This document shows, in pieces, positions 42,501 to 52,590 of a DNA stretch of 64,000 nt. A model generated the notes under the pieces. That model worked only from the letters and a program-made list of their open reading frames with translations. It made no database searches and was not told the origin of the DNA. The stretch is from contig NIVC01000419.1 of the NCBI GenBank assembly GCA_002269645.1, positions 555,076 through 619,075 on the forward strand, read 5' to 3'. Position 1 is the stretch's first letter. Each line of letters begins with the position of its first letter. The DNA is from Macrostomum lignano. Taxonomy: Eukaryota. Made by a program: the position numbers and the translations under genes.

Positions 42501-45500
42501 AGTCATCGTGTTTCATTCAGGAGTGATTCTAGTCATCGTGTTTCATTCAGGAGTGATTCTAGTCATCGTGTTTCATTCAGGAGTGATTCTAGTCATCGTG
42601 TTTCATTCAGGAGTGATTCTAGTCATCGTGTTTCATTCAGGAGTGATTCTAGTCATCGTGTTTCATTCAGGAGTGATTCTAGTCATCGTGTTTCATTCAG
42701 GAGTGATTCTAGTCATCGTGTTTCATTCAGGAGTGATTCTAGTCATCGTGTTTCATTCAGGAGTGATTCTAGTCATCGTGTTTCATTCAGGAGTGATTCT
42801 AGTCATCGTGTTTCATTCAGGAGTGATTCTAGTCATCGTGTTTCATTCAGGAGTGATTCTAGTCATCGTGTTTCATTCAGGAGTGATTCTAGTCATCGTA
42901 TTTGGATCAGGAGTGGTTCTAGTCATCGTATTTGGATCAGGAGTGGTTCTAGTCATCGTATTTGGATCAGGAGTGGTTCTAGTCATCGTGTTTCATTCAG
43001 GAGTGATTCTAGTCATCGTGTTTCATTCAGGAGTGATTCTAGTCATCGTGTTTCATTCAGGAGTGATTCTAGTCATCGTGTTTCATTCAGGAGTGATTCT
43101 AGTCATCGTGTTTCATTCAGGAGTGATTCTAGTCATCGTGTTTCATTCAGGAGTGATTCTAGTCATCGTGTTTCATTCAGGAGTGATTCTAGTCATCGTG
43201 TTTCATTCAGGAGTGATTCTAGTCATCGTGTTTCATTCAGGAGTGATTCTAGTCATCGTGTTTCATTCAGGAGTGATTCTAGTCATCGTGTTTCATTCAG
43301 GAGTGATTCTAGTCATCGTGTTTCATTCAGGAGTGATTCTAGTCATCGTGTTTCATTCAGGAGTGATTCTAGTCATCGTGTTTCATTCAGGAGTGATTCT
43401 AGTCATCGTGTTTCATTCAGGAGTGATTCTAGTCATCGTGTTTCATTCAGGAGTGATTCTAGTCATCGTGTTTCATTCAGGAGTGATTCTAGTCATCGTA
43501 TTTGGATCAGGAGTGGTTCTAGTCATCGTATTTGGATCAGGAGTGGTTCTAGTCATCGTATTTGGATCAGGAGTGGTTCTAGTCATCGTATTTGGATCAG
43601 GAGTGGTTCTAGTCATCGTATTTGGATCAGGAGTGGTTCTAGTAATCGTATTTGGATCAGGAGTGGTTCTAGTCAGTACGTTGGGATAAACAACACACAT
43701 GCATAACCGTGAATTGTCAACAAACCGACAACGTGCAAGTCCGTAGCCAAAGTCAGCGGCAGTCCGGTGGTCATGCCCAGACCATAGTAGGACAGGAACA
43801 CGAAGATCACCCCAGTCAGCTGGCGGCCGCAGCCTCTCAACGCTCCGGCACAGACGCACTGCAGACCGTTCAGAATGATGAAAAATCCCAGCAGCGGGAA
43901 AATTTGCGTTCTCATGGCCAGGACGTCGCTGTTAAATTAGGGAGAAACGGAGCTGGTAGTTTAGCTATTATTTTACTTTTCTGTTGGATAACTTTGGGCA
44001 ATGTTGCAGGCGAGAAGGCAACTTATAAGCATTGGGCCGACCAAGCAAAAGCATAAGGTCACTTGGAGTCGGAACGTCAGGAATACCGATTAGGCCGCCT
44101 TTGGCTCGAAGCTGAGCCACGGCCTTCGAGATCTTGACCTCCCCAGTGACCTCTCTGACTGCCGGGTTGTGGATGATCTCGCCTCCTCCCTGGGCGGGGC
44201 GATCACCACTGCCTTTGAGGCAGCCTGCCCTCTAAATGCCTACAAAGGCAAGAAATCTGCTCCCGATGGAACCCAGAGCTCGGGGCCCTTGGGCGCCGAG
44301 CCAGGACCCTCCAAAGACGAGTGCTCAAAACCAAAGACCCATCTGATAGAGAGGCATATACCCGTGCAATCCACGAGTTCAAGGGCCAAGTCAGAAGGGC
44401 CAAGACGGCCAAGTGGCGCCAATACTGCGAAGGGCTTGAGGGCTCTTGCCCCGTAGCTTGCGTGATAAAGGCACTCACGAACGACCGTTTTTTCTAAACT
44501 CTCGGTTGTGAAGAGACCTGATAGCTCGGTCACAGAGAGCTCTAAAGAGACTCTAGAGCTCATGCTCAACAGTTTCTTCCCTAAATCTCCGACTCAGCAG
44601 GGCCCGCCTGACCTCACAGTGGGAGGGCAAGGCCTAGCGAAATATATGCTCACCAAAGACCGCATTATTAGAGCGGCAAGGTCCTTTAACCCCTTCAAGG
44701 CGATTGGGCCCGACGGCATCTACCCAGCGTTCTTGCACGAGGCGGTGAAAAACCAACGCTTCCTGGACCTCCTCTGTCGTCTCCTCCGAGCTTGTGTGGA
44801 GCTGGGCTATGTACCAGAGGCCCGGGTGGTCTTTATCCCCAAGCCTGGAAAGAGAGACTACCAATCGGTGAAGGCCTATCATCCTCACCTCTTTCTGCCT
44901 TGAGCTCCTCGAAAGACTGGTGCGTTGGCGCCTGCTTTCGGTCGAGCTGAAGCGCTTCCCACTCTCGCAGAACCAGCACGCCTTCCGCGCGGGCAGGTCT
45001 ACCGAGAGTGCCCTCCATGTCATTGTTGACTTCCTGGAGAGGCCGTTCTTGGCAGCGGCTTTGCCCTCTCGCTTTTCCTGGACATTGAGGGGACCTTCGA
45101 CAACGTCATCTTCGAGGCCTTTTGCAGAGCCCTGGAATCCAGGGCCACGCACCCTCACCTTGTCCGGTGGATCATGTTCATGATCCGGAACCGCACTGTC
45201 GTGGCACACCTGAACGGCAGCTCCCTTACAGCGCCTGTCCAGAAAAGGGACACCCAGGGCGGGGTTCTCAGCCCCGTTCTCAGGAACATGGTCATGGATG
45301 AGTTGCTTTGCAGTGATCACCATGACCCCATTTCCAAGGTGGGCTATGCCGATGATGTGACCGCGATATGCGCGGGCCCCTCGGTCGATACCATCAGAGA
45401 TCTTCTGCAGGGCTTTCTGGGACGAGCGGAGCGTTGGACAAACCAATGTGGCCTTAGACTCTCAGAGTCGAAAACCACAGCGGTCATGTTTACCAACAAA

Positions 45501-48285
45501 CTGCTCTGGACATTAAGCCCCTCACCCTCTATGGAAAGAATGTTTCCATGGAGAAGCAGGTCCGCTGCCTGGGCCTCACTCTGGACCACAGGCTCAACCG
45601 GACTCCGCACATTCAAACCAAAACAAAAAAAGCCCTGGCTGTCCTGGCTCAGATCAGGCGCGCCGTGGGCACCACCTGGGGGCTCACCCCCAGGAAGCTA
45701 TGGTGGATTTACACTGCCATTATCCGCCCCTCGATCAGTTACGCCAGCCTAGTGTGGGCCAGCGGCCTGAGCGTCAAGAGCAACCTCGACGCTCTCTACA
45801 AAATCCTGGGCAGAGCCTGCCGCATGACTATGGGCGCTCCACCCTCTACTCCTTTTGAAGGCATGAATGCCTTCCTCTGTGCCCCTCCTCTGGATATTTA
45901 TATCAAAGGAGAGGCGGCGAAGAGCACCCGGCGTCTTCTGGATGCTGGGGTGGCCTTCAAGAAAGTGCAGGCCTTTAAGAATCGGTCGCTTCACTCTGAC
46001 CTCTGCCTCAAGGCTCTCGAGGAGTGTGGCGGGCTCAACATCCTCACGGACTCGATCCCAGCCACCCTTATCCTGAGCGAAAGGTAAGGTCACTATTCAG
46101 CCTCGACACGAGGCGGGTGACAGCTGGAGCGATTCTGAAGTCCACTGATACACTGACGCCTCTATGAGGCATGGTCTTTCAGGCTTCGGAGATTGCGTCT
46201 TCTTCAAGGGAGAAGTGGTGTGGAGCTACTCCCAGCACACTGGGCTCAACTCCAGTGTATTTCAGAGCGAGGTGCTTGCCATCAGCTCATGCATGCGCGG
46301 CAGAGCTGCACCGAAGGCAGCTCAGCGGTCGGAAATTTACTTTTCACTCTGACAGCCAAGCAGCCCTTCGGGCCCTCTGCCGCAGCACCACCAGCTCCAG
46401 GTCCGTCCTGGACTGCAACACCCAGCTCAACGGGCTTGCGCTAGGCAACCAGGTGGAGCTCAGATGGATCCCGGGCCACGCCGGCTTCCTCGGCAACGAG
46501 CGCGCTGACCTGCTGGCTAAGGCTGGCTCCGCTGGCGCGCTGCTGGGGCCGGGCCCGGGAGCCCCCATCCCCGCCTCGGTGATCAACTCCCGCGTTAACC
46601 GCTGGGCTGATTCCGAGCATCTCCGCAGGTGGCACGACACCCGGAATTGTAGGCAATCCCGTGCGGCCGTCCCCTGCCCCTCCCCTCTCCTGCGTAGAGC
46701 CCTCCTCAGGCTCAACCGCAGAGACCTCAGAGCAGTTAGCATGGCCCTCTCCGGGCATGGCTGCTTCTCTCGCCACCGCTTCCTTCAGGGCCATGTACCC
46801 AAGGAGCGGTGCCCCTTCTGCCGCTCAGGCAGTGAAAACGCCGAGCACTTTATCTGCCACTGCCCGGTTTTCACCAGGGCCAGGCTCACTCACCTCGGGC
46901 CAAACCCGGTTCTCTCCGACGTTTGCAGGCCCGAGAGCATCCCGCCGCTCGTCCGGTACCTCAGGGACACGCATGGGTCGAGCTGAGTTCTTCCCCACCG
47001 CCGGTGAGGAGGACCGCGCTGCAGGCGAGACCGACGGGTTCCCCTGAGCGACATCGCTTCCTCGGAAGCCATTGGTCGCCAGGGGCTAGCGGAATGGGCG
47101 GTCTCCTCCGCCCCCTCGCTGCATCCGCCGGACGTCCCCTGCAGCTAAGTCAAGTCAGCACGCTTTACACCTTGGGTAGTCAAAGTCAAGTCAAATTTTC
47201 ATTTTTACATTGGTTTTATATTTTATAAAGCCTAAAGTTGTAAATACTCTCATAAGTGGCATTAGCTGAACTTTTTGTTTTGTTCAGCTTCCTAAATCAA
47301 GCAGAGCATTTTTTTAAGAAATTGGACAACAAAAAATTACACGATCTTTGAGTTTTACGTCCGGTGTTATACTACAGAGCTCCTTGGTGTCAGGATTTTA
47401 CGAGCTATTCTGGCAACTTGAAAAGGGGTTGTAGCGAAGAGGTTATAGCCTGATGGTTGAAGAGTCGGATTTAAGACTAAAAGGTCGAGGGTTCGATTCC
47501 AGACCCACTCGGGACAATTTCTTTAGAATATCAGTCATTATTAAAATTCTACTGTAAGTAGAGTAACGCAAACACGCGCACCTAAACAAAAACTTTGAAT
47601 AATTTTACTATTCATAACGTTAGAGATGAATCATGATTTATTTGATAGTGTAACCAATGAATCACGGCCCCAAAAAAAGTAATACGGTATCTCCACTTCT
47701 ATTGTATAAGCGAAAGTTCTATTAAGTGTCAAAAGGTCAAATTCCTTAGATTTGACAGTTTCACCCTATCAATCTAAACCAGAATAAACCGTTTTTTTGC
47801 AAAATTTGTGTATAAATACAAACGCTCTGGGGGCCTAAAAACGTCAGACTCGGAGCAGTACCAATGAGAAGGACATCGTCGGGGACATCCGTGCCGTTTG
47901 GTAAGTTTTACGTCTACTTCTAAGTGACTGGATAGGATCATTTGGGCCGATTCCCATACTCTTGACGATTATTGACTTTAGATTATTGATTGACTTTTGA
48001 TACCCTAGAGTAACGGATAGTGGCACACGACTCCGATTCCGTTATTTCTAGAAGGCACCCTTTCTGAAGTTAACGCCGACGAATTTTGGTTGTTTCGTAC
48101 ACTATTCGTAAAGTAGTTCTCGCACACGGCAAACTTAATGAACTCAGGGGGAAAACAACGCTAAGAAGACTACGCCAGTACTATAAGAACTATAGAAGAG
48201 GAGCCCGCGACAGTAAATGATCACACAATTTTGTTCCCAGAATTACGGTCTGGAAGTGGGAGTTTGTGCGTTTAAAACTAGACGT

Positions 48286-48335
<50 letters not shown>

Positions 48336-49041
48336 TTCCCTCTCCCTAGTGTGCTAAAACGAACTCTTCATTTGTGTCCATGAGCAAGACACTTAACTCT
48401 GCATTGCTTCAGTTTAACCAGCTGTAAAATGGGTAGCAGCATTAGCAGGAGTAATTGAGGCTGTGTGTGGTGACCCCCCCCCTCCCAGTCCTTAGACTGA
48501 ACAGCCGTACGCAGCCTTCAGAAGTGCCACGCAATAGCTGCGGCTGAGCTGACTAAGGTTGCACATCTGCCCAATTAGGCATTAAGGGAGCATTCTGCCA
48601 AGAATCACAAAAAATGCTCACACAACTCACGAATCGGTGGTGTACAGTCCGGGAATGAAGTCCTTTCCGATGACGAACACCGCGCACAGCACGGATGCCA
48701 CGCAGAGCAGGCAGCAGATGCCGGCCTTCCAGGCCAGCCGAGCACCCGGTCCGTTGTTGGCGCCCAGGTTTTGGCCAACCCGGATGTTCACAGCGACACC
48801 GAAGCCCAAGACGCACTGTATTTGAAAGTAGGGGGTTGGATTTAGGCTTGATTCATAGAGCATCGAGTCATAATAAAGATTAAATGTATTTACTGAAATC
48901 TACTCAGGTCAGTAAGCTGCCAATCTGAGGGAATGCATAGAGTTGGATGCATGCTCACGACTGACTCTCTCAACCTAAAAGCCAGCGTTTCAGTTTGGAA
49001 CAGAATCGATTGCGCACCCAGCTCGTTTGTACTGATGATAC
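36357..49041 (-). CDS. SLC47A: MATE/SLC47A-family transporter, left (downstream) copy: only the last five exons found (alternative 3' cassette or truncated duplicate)
   Basis: Minus-strand exons 49041-48959, 48815-48631, 43928-43726, 37970-37767, 36595-36357 splice in frame: GIISTNELGAQSILFQ..CVLGFGVAVNIRVGQNLGA..GALRGCGRQ..YYGLG..GLWVGLLIG..DW..TM13 RIIYLRLANGIGVLGISSIGLVIRL..FF*. No upstream MATE exon found in 49050-59800. Confidence 0.75.
36649..37404. mobile_element. Non-autonomous hAT-type DNA element (756 bp) carrying an internal 21-bp tandem array
   Basis: 8-bp TSD GTTGTCAT at 36641-36648 and 37405-37412; imperfect TIRs CAGAACGTCGCCA / TGGCGACGCCCCTG; internal GCGCTAAAATGAGTGCCTGCG array about 36768-37290. 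Confidence 0.8.
37767..37970 (-). CDS. SLC47A: MATE left copy, TM12 exon
   Basis: ctcctcag|GLWVGLLIGVSLICPAYIAVLARQDWRGQARQAQRRV..NETT G|gtgag. Confidence 0.85.
38121..43672. repeat. 30-bp satellite, about 185 units (TTTCATTCAGGAGTGATTCTAGTCATCGTG with blocks of TTTGGATCAGGAGTGGTTCTAGTCATCGTA), intron of MATE left copy
   Basis: Exact 30-bp period (two units per 60-nt line). Confidence 0.98.
43726..43928 (-). CDS. SLC47A: MATE left copy, TM10-11 exon
   Basis: ttaacag|C DVLAMRTQIFPLLGFFIILNGLQCVCAGALRGCGRQLTG..YYGLGMTTGLPL..HVV G|gtttg. Confidence 0.85.
44050..47194 (+). mobile_element. 5'-truncated non-LTR retrotransposon with RT + RNase H + C-terminal Cys/His knuckle (I group, LOA/Lian-like), frameshifted
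   Basis: RNVRNTD..AFEAACP..WNPEL..AKWRQYC; GPDGIYP; VVFIPKPGK; QHAFRAGRSTESA; QGGVLSP; GYADD; RNase H VFQSE..FHSDSQAAL..WIPGHAGFLGNERADLLAK; LSGHGC..CPFC..ENAEHFICHCP; stop 46986; (AAGTC)n tail. Lies in a MATE intron, antisense to it. Confidence 0.9.
47441..47519 (+). mobile_element. tRNA-like head of SINE family 2
   Basis: TAGCCTGATGG A box and GGTTCGATTCC B box; matches heads at 56205 and 58645. Confidence 0.6.
48289..48329. repeat. (CT)n microsatellite
   Basis: Pure run. Confidence 0.95.
48372..48585 (+). mobile_element. SINE family 2 body (CORE/MIR-like domain), headless
   Basis: TGTGTCCATGAGCAAGACACTTAACTC..CAGCTGTAAAATGGG and 3' part GACTGAACAGCCGTACGCAGCCTTCAGA shared with three other copies. 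Confidence 0.8.
48631..48815 (-). CDS. SLC47A: MATE left copy, TM8-9 exon
   Basis: aatacag|CVLGFGVAVNIRVGQNLGANNGPGARLAW..PGLYTTD TC|gtgag; MATE RVGxxLGA motif. Confidence 0.88.
48959..49041 (-). CDS. SLC47A: MATE left copy, ELGAQS exon (donor shifted)
   Basis: gtttag|GT ATC..GIISTNELGAQSILFQTETLAFR; the ancestral donor reads TT, and an in-frame GTGAG lies 15 nt downstream. Confidence 0.7.
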
Positions 49042-49104
49042 CTAAACGAAAATGGACATGCATAGGGGGTCATAGGGAATTAGGGAAATCTGAGGGAATG
49101 CATA

Positions 49105-49242
49105 GGGGGGCGTAGCCCAGCGGTAGCGCAGCTGCTCTGGTGTGCCAGCGACCCAGGCTCGATTCCAAGTGCAGTCACATTAATTTGGGGCTGAATTGGA
49201 ATCTCGGTTTGGCTCTGCTCGTGCAATTAACGGCCTTGAGAG
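49105..49242 (+). mobile_element. SINE family 1, 3'-truncated copy
   Basis: Near-identical to 29125-29260. Confidence 0.85.
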
Positions 49243-49378
49243 AGATGCTCTCAGATAAGATGGCGAAATTCAAAAAGTGAGTTGCCACCTGAAATTTTTT
49301 TAGTCGGTGATTCTTTATAAGTACATAGTATCAAGTACAAAGAAGCACTTGGAAGATATTGGAATAAGATTCTGACTC

Positions 49379-49979
<601 letters not shown>

Positions 49980-50344
49980 CAGCTGGGGAATTAACAAAGC
50001 TGGGGAATTGTAGACAGCTGGGGAATTGTAGACAGCTGGGGAATTGTAGACAAAGCTGTGGAATTAGTATTAGACTTAGTACTGTGCTGAAGTTGGCATG
50101 GGCAAAATGCTTATCAAAAGGCAGCACTGTCACCGAAAACTTGCATGATTTTCGTCGGGTAATTTCGAAATACGCCATCCTCTTATTATTTCCACGAAAA
50201 CTTCAAAAATTTCCTGATCCTCCAGGACAAGATCGTTCACATTCACTGTTTTTCCCAGTGTCGCCAGCAGCTATGGTGATCTCTGAAAAGGGAGAGTTCC
50301 TAGATAACCCAGAGAGCCCAGAGATAACGCATGAGGTGATTAAG

Positions 50345-50990
50345 ATTTCCGGGTTTGCACGCTTCAGTTATAGATGTGTGTGGCCCAAGGTAAGTGAGCC
50401 TGGCTCGCATGAGGGACAGATGTTGTCAAAATGCTCAGTTGTTTCGCCGCCTGAGTGGCGAAACTGCAGATGGCGTTGGTGGCGTTGCCCTGCAGGTACT
50501 GGTGCCTCAAGAAGCAGCCGTGACCTGAGAGGGTCATGGTGGCAGCCCGGATGTCTCTGCGCGAGAGGCGCAAGAGGAGCTTCCGGAGCTGGTGAGAGGG
50601 CTGAGGGACAGCGCCTCTGGATTGCCCGCAGGTAGTGCAGTTCACCCAAGTCGAGCGGTGCTGGCTCCTGATCCACGCTTTGATGCGCGAATCGATGACA
50701 CAGCCGGGAATCGGGACAATGGGTTCTGCAGGCCCGAGAGAGGAGCCGATGGCGCCAACTTTTGCAAGGGTGTCAGCCAACTTTCCCTCGGAACCCCACA
50801 TGCCCAGGAACCCACTTAAGGGTAATTTTGTTGGTAGAACTCAACATGTTAAGAGGTTTGATACAGTCGAGGACTGTAGCAGAATTGACGCTGCAGCCAC
50901 TGATGGCGTGCAAGGCAACCTGGCTGTCCGAATGGAAGATGATGTTCTTACCAGTAACGCTAGTGGCAAGAAGCTGGTGAGTTCATGGCG
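50345..50990 (-). mobile_element. 3' fragment of a second RNase H-bearing LINE (same clade as 44050-47194, different subfamily)
   Basis: KNIIFHSDSQVALHAI..LKWVPGHVGF..LADTLAK..CGQSRGAVP..LRLSRRDIRAATMTLSGHGCF..CSF..ETTEHF, with frameshifts. Confidence 0.85.
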
Positions 50991-51144
50991 AGTTCGTGTT
51001 TGGAATGAATATATTTATTAGCATTCACCATCTTCACGCAGCTCAAGATGATCGATATTGTGATGAACTAGCAGTTATAATTGCGGAGAAACTTTCCCAA
51101 ACACTTGTTTTGATTTATGCATCCTAGCTCGAATTTTTTTCGTC

Positions 51145-51392
51145 TAATTACACCTGCCCCAAATGGGCCAGATGTGCAACCGACAGCTCAGCCTCCAGAT
51201 ATTGCGCGGCGCATCTGAAGGCTGCGTACGGCTGTTCAGTCCAAGTGGGGGGTCGCCACACACACCCTCAATTACCCCAGCTAATGCTGGCACCCATTTT
51301 ACAGCTGGGTGAACTGAAGCAATGCAGAGTTAAGTGTCTTGCCCAAGGACACAAATTGTTCCTAGTGAGTCTAGAATCGAACCCCCGACCTT
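51145..51392 (-). mobile_element. SINE family 2 copy (reverse)
   Basis: Reverse complement of 56230-56487, including the B box GGGGTTCGATTC. Confidence 0.85.
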
Positions 51393-51852
51393 TCCCCTTA
51401 AAAACCCCCTTACTTCTAATTAAGTAGTCCGTGAGTGTACAGCGGACATGACTTTCTACTCGTCAGACATGTATGTACACTCTAATTGTGACTCAGGTCA
51501 AGGACTACTTAACAAGTGTTGTTAAGTAGTCCTTGACTCACTCAGGTGTTGGCCCTAATGGGTGCGAATCGCCCGGGCCGATTTTCGAGCACGAGTCCCA
51601 AAAGAATGTGGCCGCCAAATCACGGTACTGAGAAGTCTGGTTTAGAAACTTTCTTAAAACATGAGTAAGAAAGCTAAGAAGGTAATGTACAAAGCACGAA
51701 GAGAGGCATGAACATGGATGAATGAATAGATCCATGGGCATGAAGTACTCGTTCATCCAAAATGGCAACTCACCCAACTGATCTCACCATATCGCATTTA
51801 AAGCAAGTGAGTCTATTTTTTCTCTTGGCAACAAGCAGCACCGGCAACAAGC

Positions 51853-52590
51853 ATGCATGAAATTGACAGCCTTCTGGCCTGCTTTGCAATTGCCTCACTG
51901 CTGAGCCCTGCTCTGGGCAGCCAGTCCTGCTCTCTGAGATTCACTCCCATCAACGGCTCCCTGTGCATCAAGAGCGACTTCATTCGCAACATCACTGGAA
52001 CTACATCGGAAGAGCACTGCTCTACCCTGTGTGGCCTGAGGCCGCAGTGCCAGGCCTTCAGCCTGTCGAACGGTCCCTGCCAGCTGTTCGAGTTCAACAG
52101 GTGCAGCAAGTCTGTGAGGGACTGCGGCTGCACGAGACGAGGCCGGGTGTTCGTGAGGCAGCAGCCGGGACTGCCAGCGGGACTGCTGTGTCCGCCCGGA
52201 TACGGAGACGACCTCTGCGGAGTCAAGTACAGGGAGCACAGCGGTTCATGGGACATGATAAAGTCGATATGCGAGTCGGAGAGCGGTCTGGTGATCATGG
52301 CGGACGTGACGAGCAGCTCAGAGATGAGCCACGTGGAGTCGCTTCGTCGTGGTAACAATTTGTGGCTCGGCGGTTTCCAGCCGGCTGGCAGCGCGGAGCC
52401 TGATGGCGGCTGGTACTGGGTCGGCTGCAACAACACCGTGGACGCCAGTCTGTGGGGCACTGACGAGCCCAGCGACTACAATTCGAATCAGTTCTTGATC
52501 GCTGCCTATAAGGAAAGAGACAGCCTGTCCGATATGGGTTCGGGCAGCGGCAGTCGCGGTCTCTGTGAGTGCATCTCTCCATTCAACTGA
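51853..52590 (+). CDS. Intronless secreted protein: signal peptide + PAN/Apple-like domain + C-type lectin domain (245 aa)
   Basis: Hydrophobic leader ..LLACFAIASLLSPALGS; PAN-like C..HCSTLC....CQAFS....CQL; CTLD CPPGY..SW..KSICE..LWLGG..W.W..LW..EP..D..CE. GC-rich coding-type codon usage. Confidence 0.8.
   Translation: MHEIDSLLACFAIASLLSPALGSQSCSLRFTPINGSLCIKSDFIRNITGTTSEEHCSTLCGLRPQCQAFSLSNGPCQLFEFNRCSKSVRDCGCTRRGRVFVRQQPGLPAGLLCPPGYGDDLCGVKYREHSGSWDMIKSICESESGLVIMADVTSSSEMSHVESLRRGNNLWLGGFQPAGSAEPDGGWYWVGCNNTVDASLWGTDEPSDYNSNQFLIAAYKERDSLSDMGSGSGSRGLCECISPFN

Noticed and set aside
38086-43706. 1867- and 1868-aa ORFs in two + frames
   Set aside because: A 30-bp monomer without stops in those frames, inside a MATE intron on the opposite strand. 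No coding-type variation or unique domains, and the paralogous array is not conserved in frame.
47848-47900. Plus-strand micro-exon with GTAAGT donor (TRSSTNEKDIVGDIRAV)
   Set aside because: No partner exons or recognisable domain.
51542-51636. Minus-strand exon-like segment (AG..GTGAG) as a missing MATE exon
   Set aside because: No MATE similarity; the frame needed to join exon 49041 contains a stop.
51807-51838. GTGAGT plus pyrimidine tract/AG just upstream of the lectin ATG (tiny intron or trans-splice acceptor)
   Set aside because: An intron of about 30 nt is implausibly short, and trans-splicing cannot be judged without transcripts.
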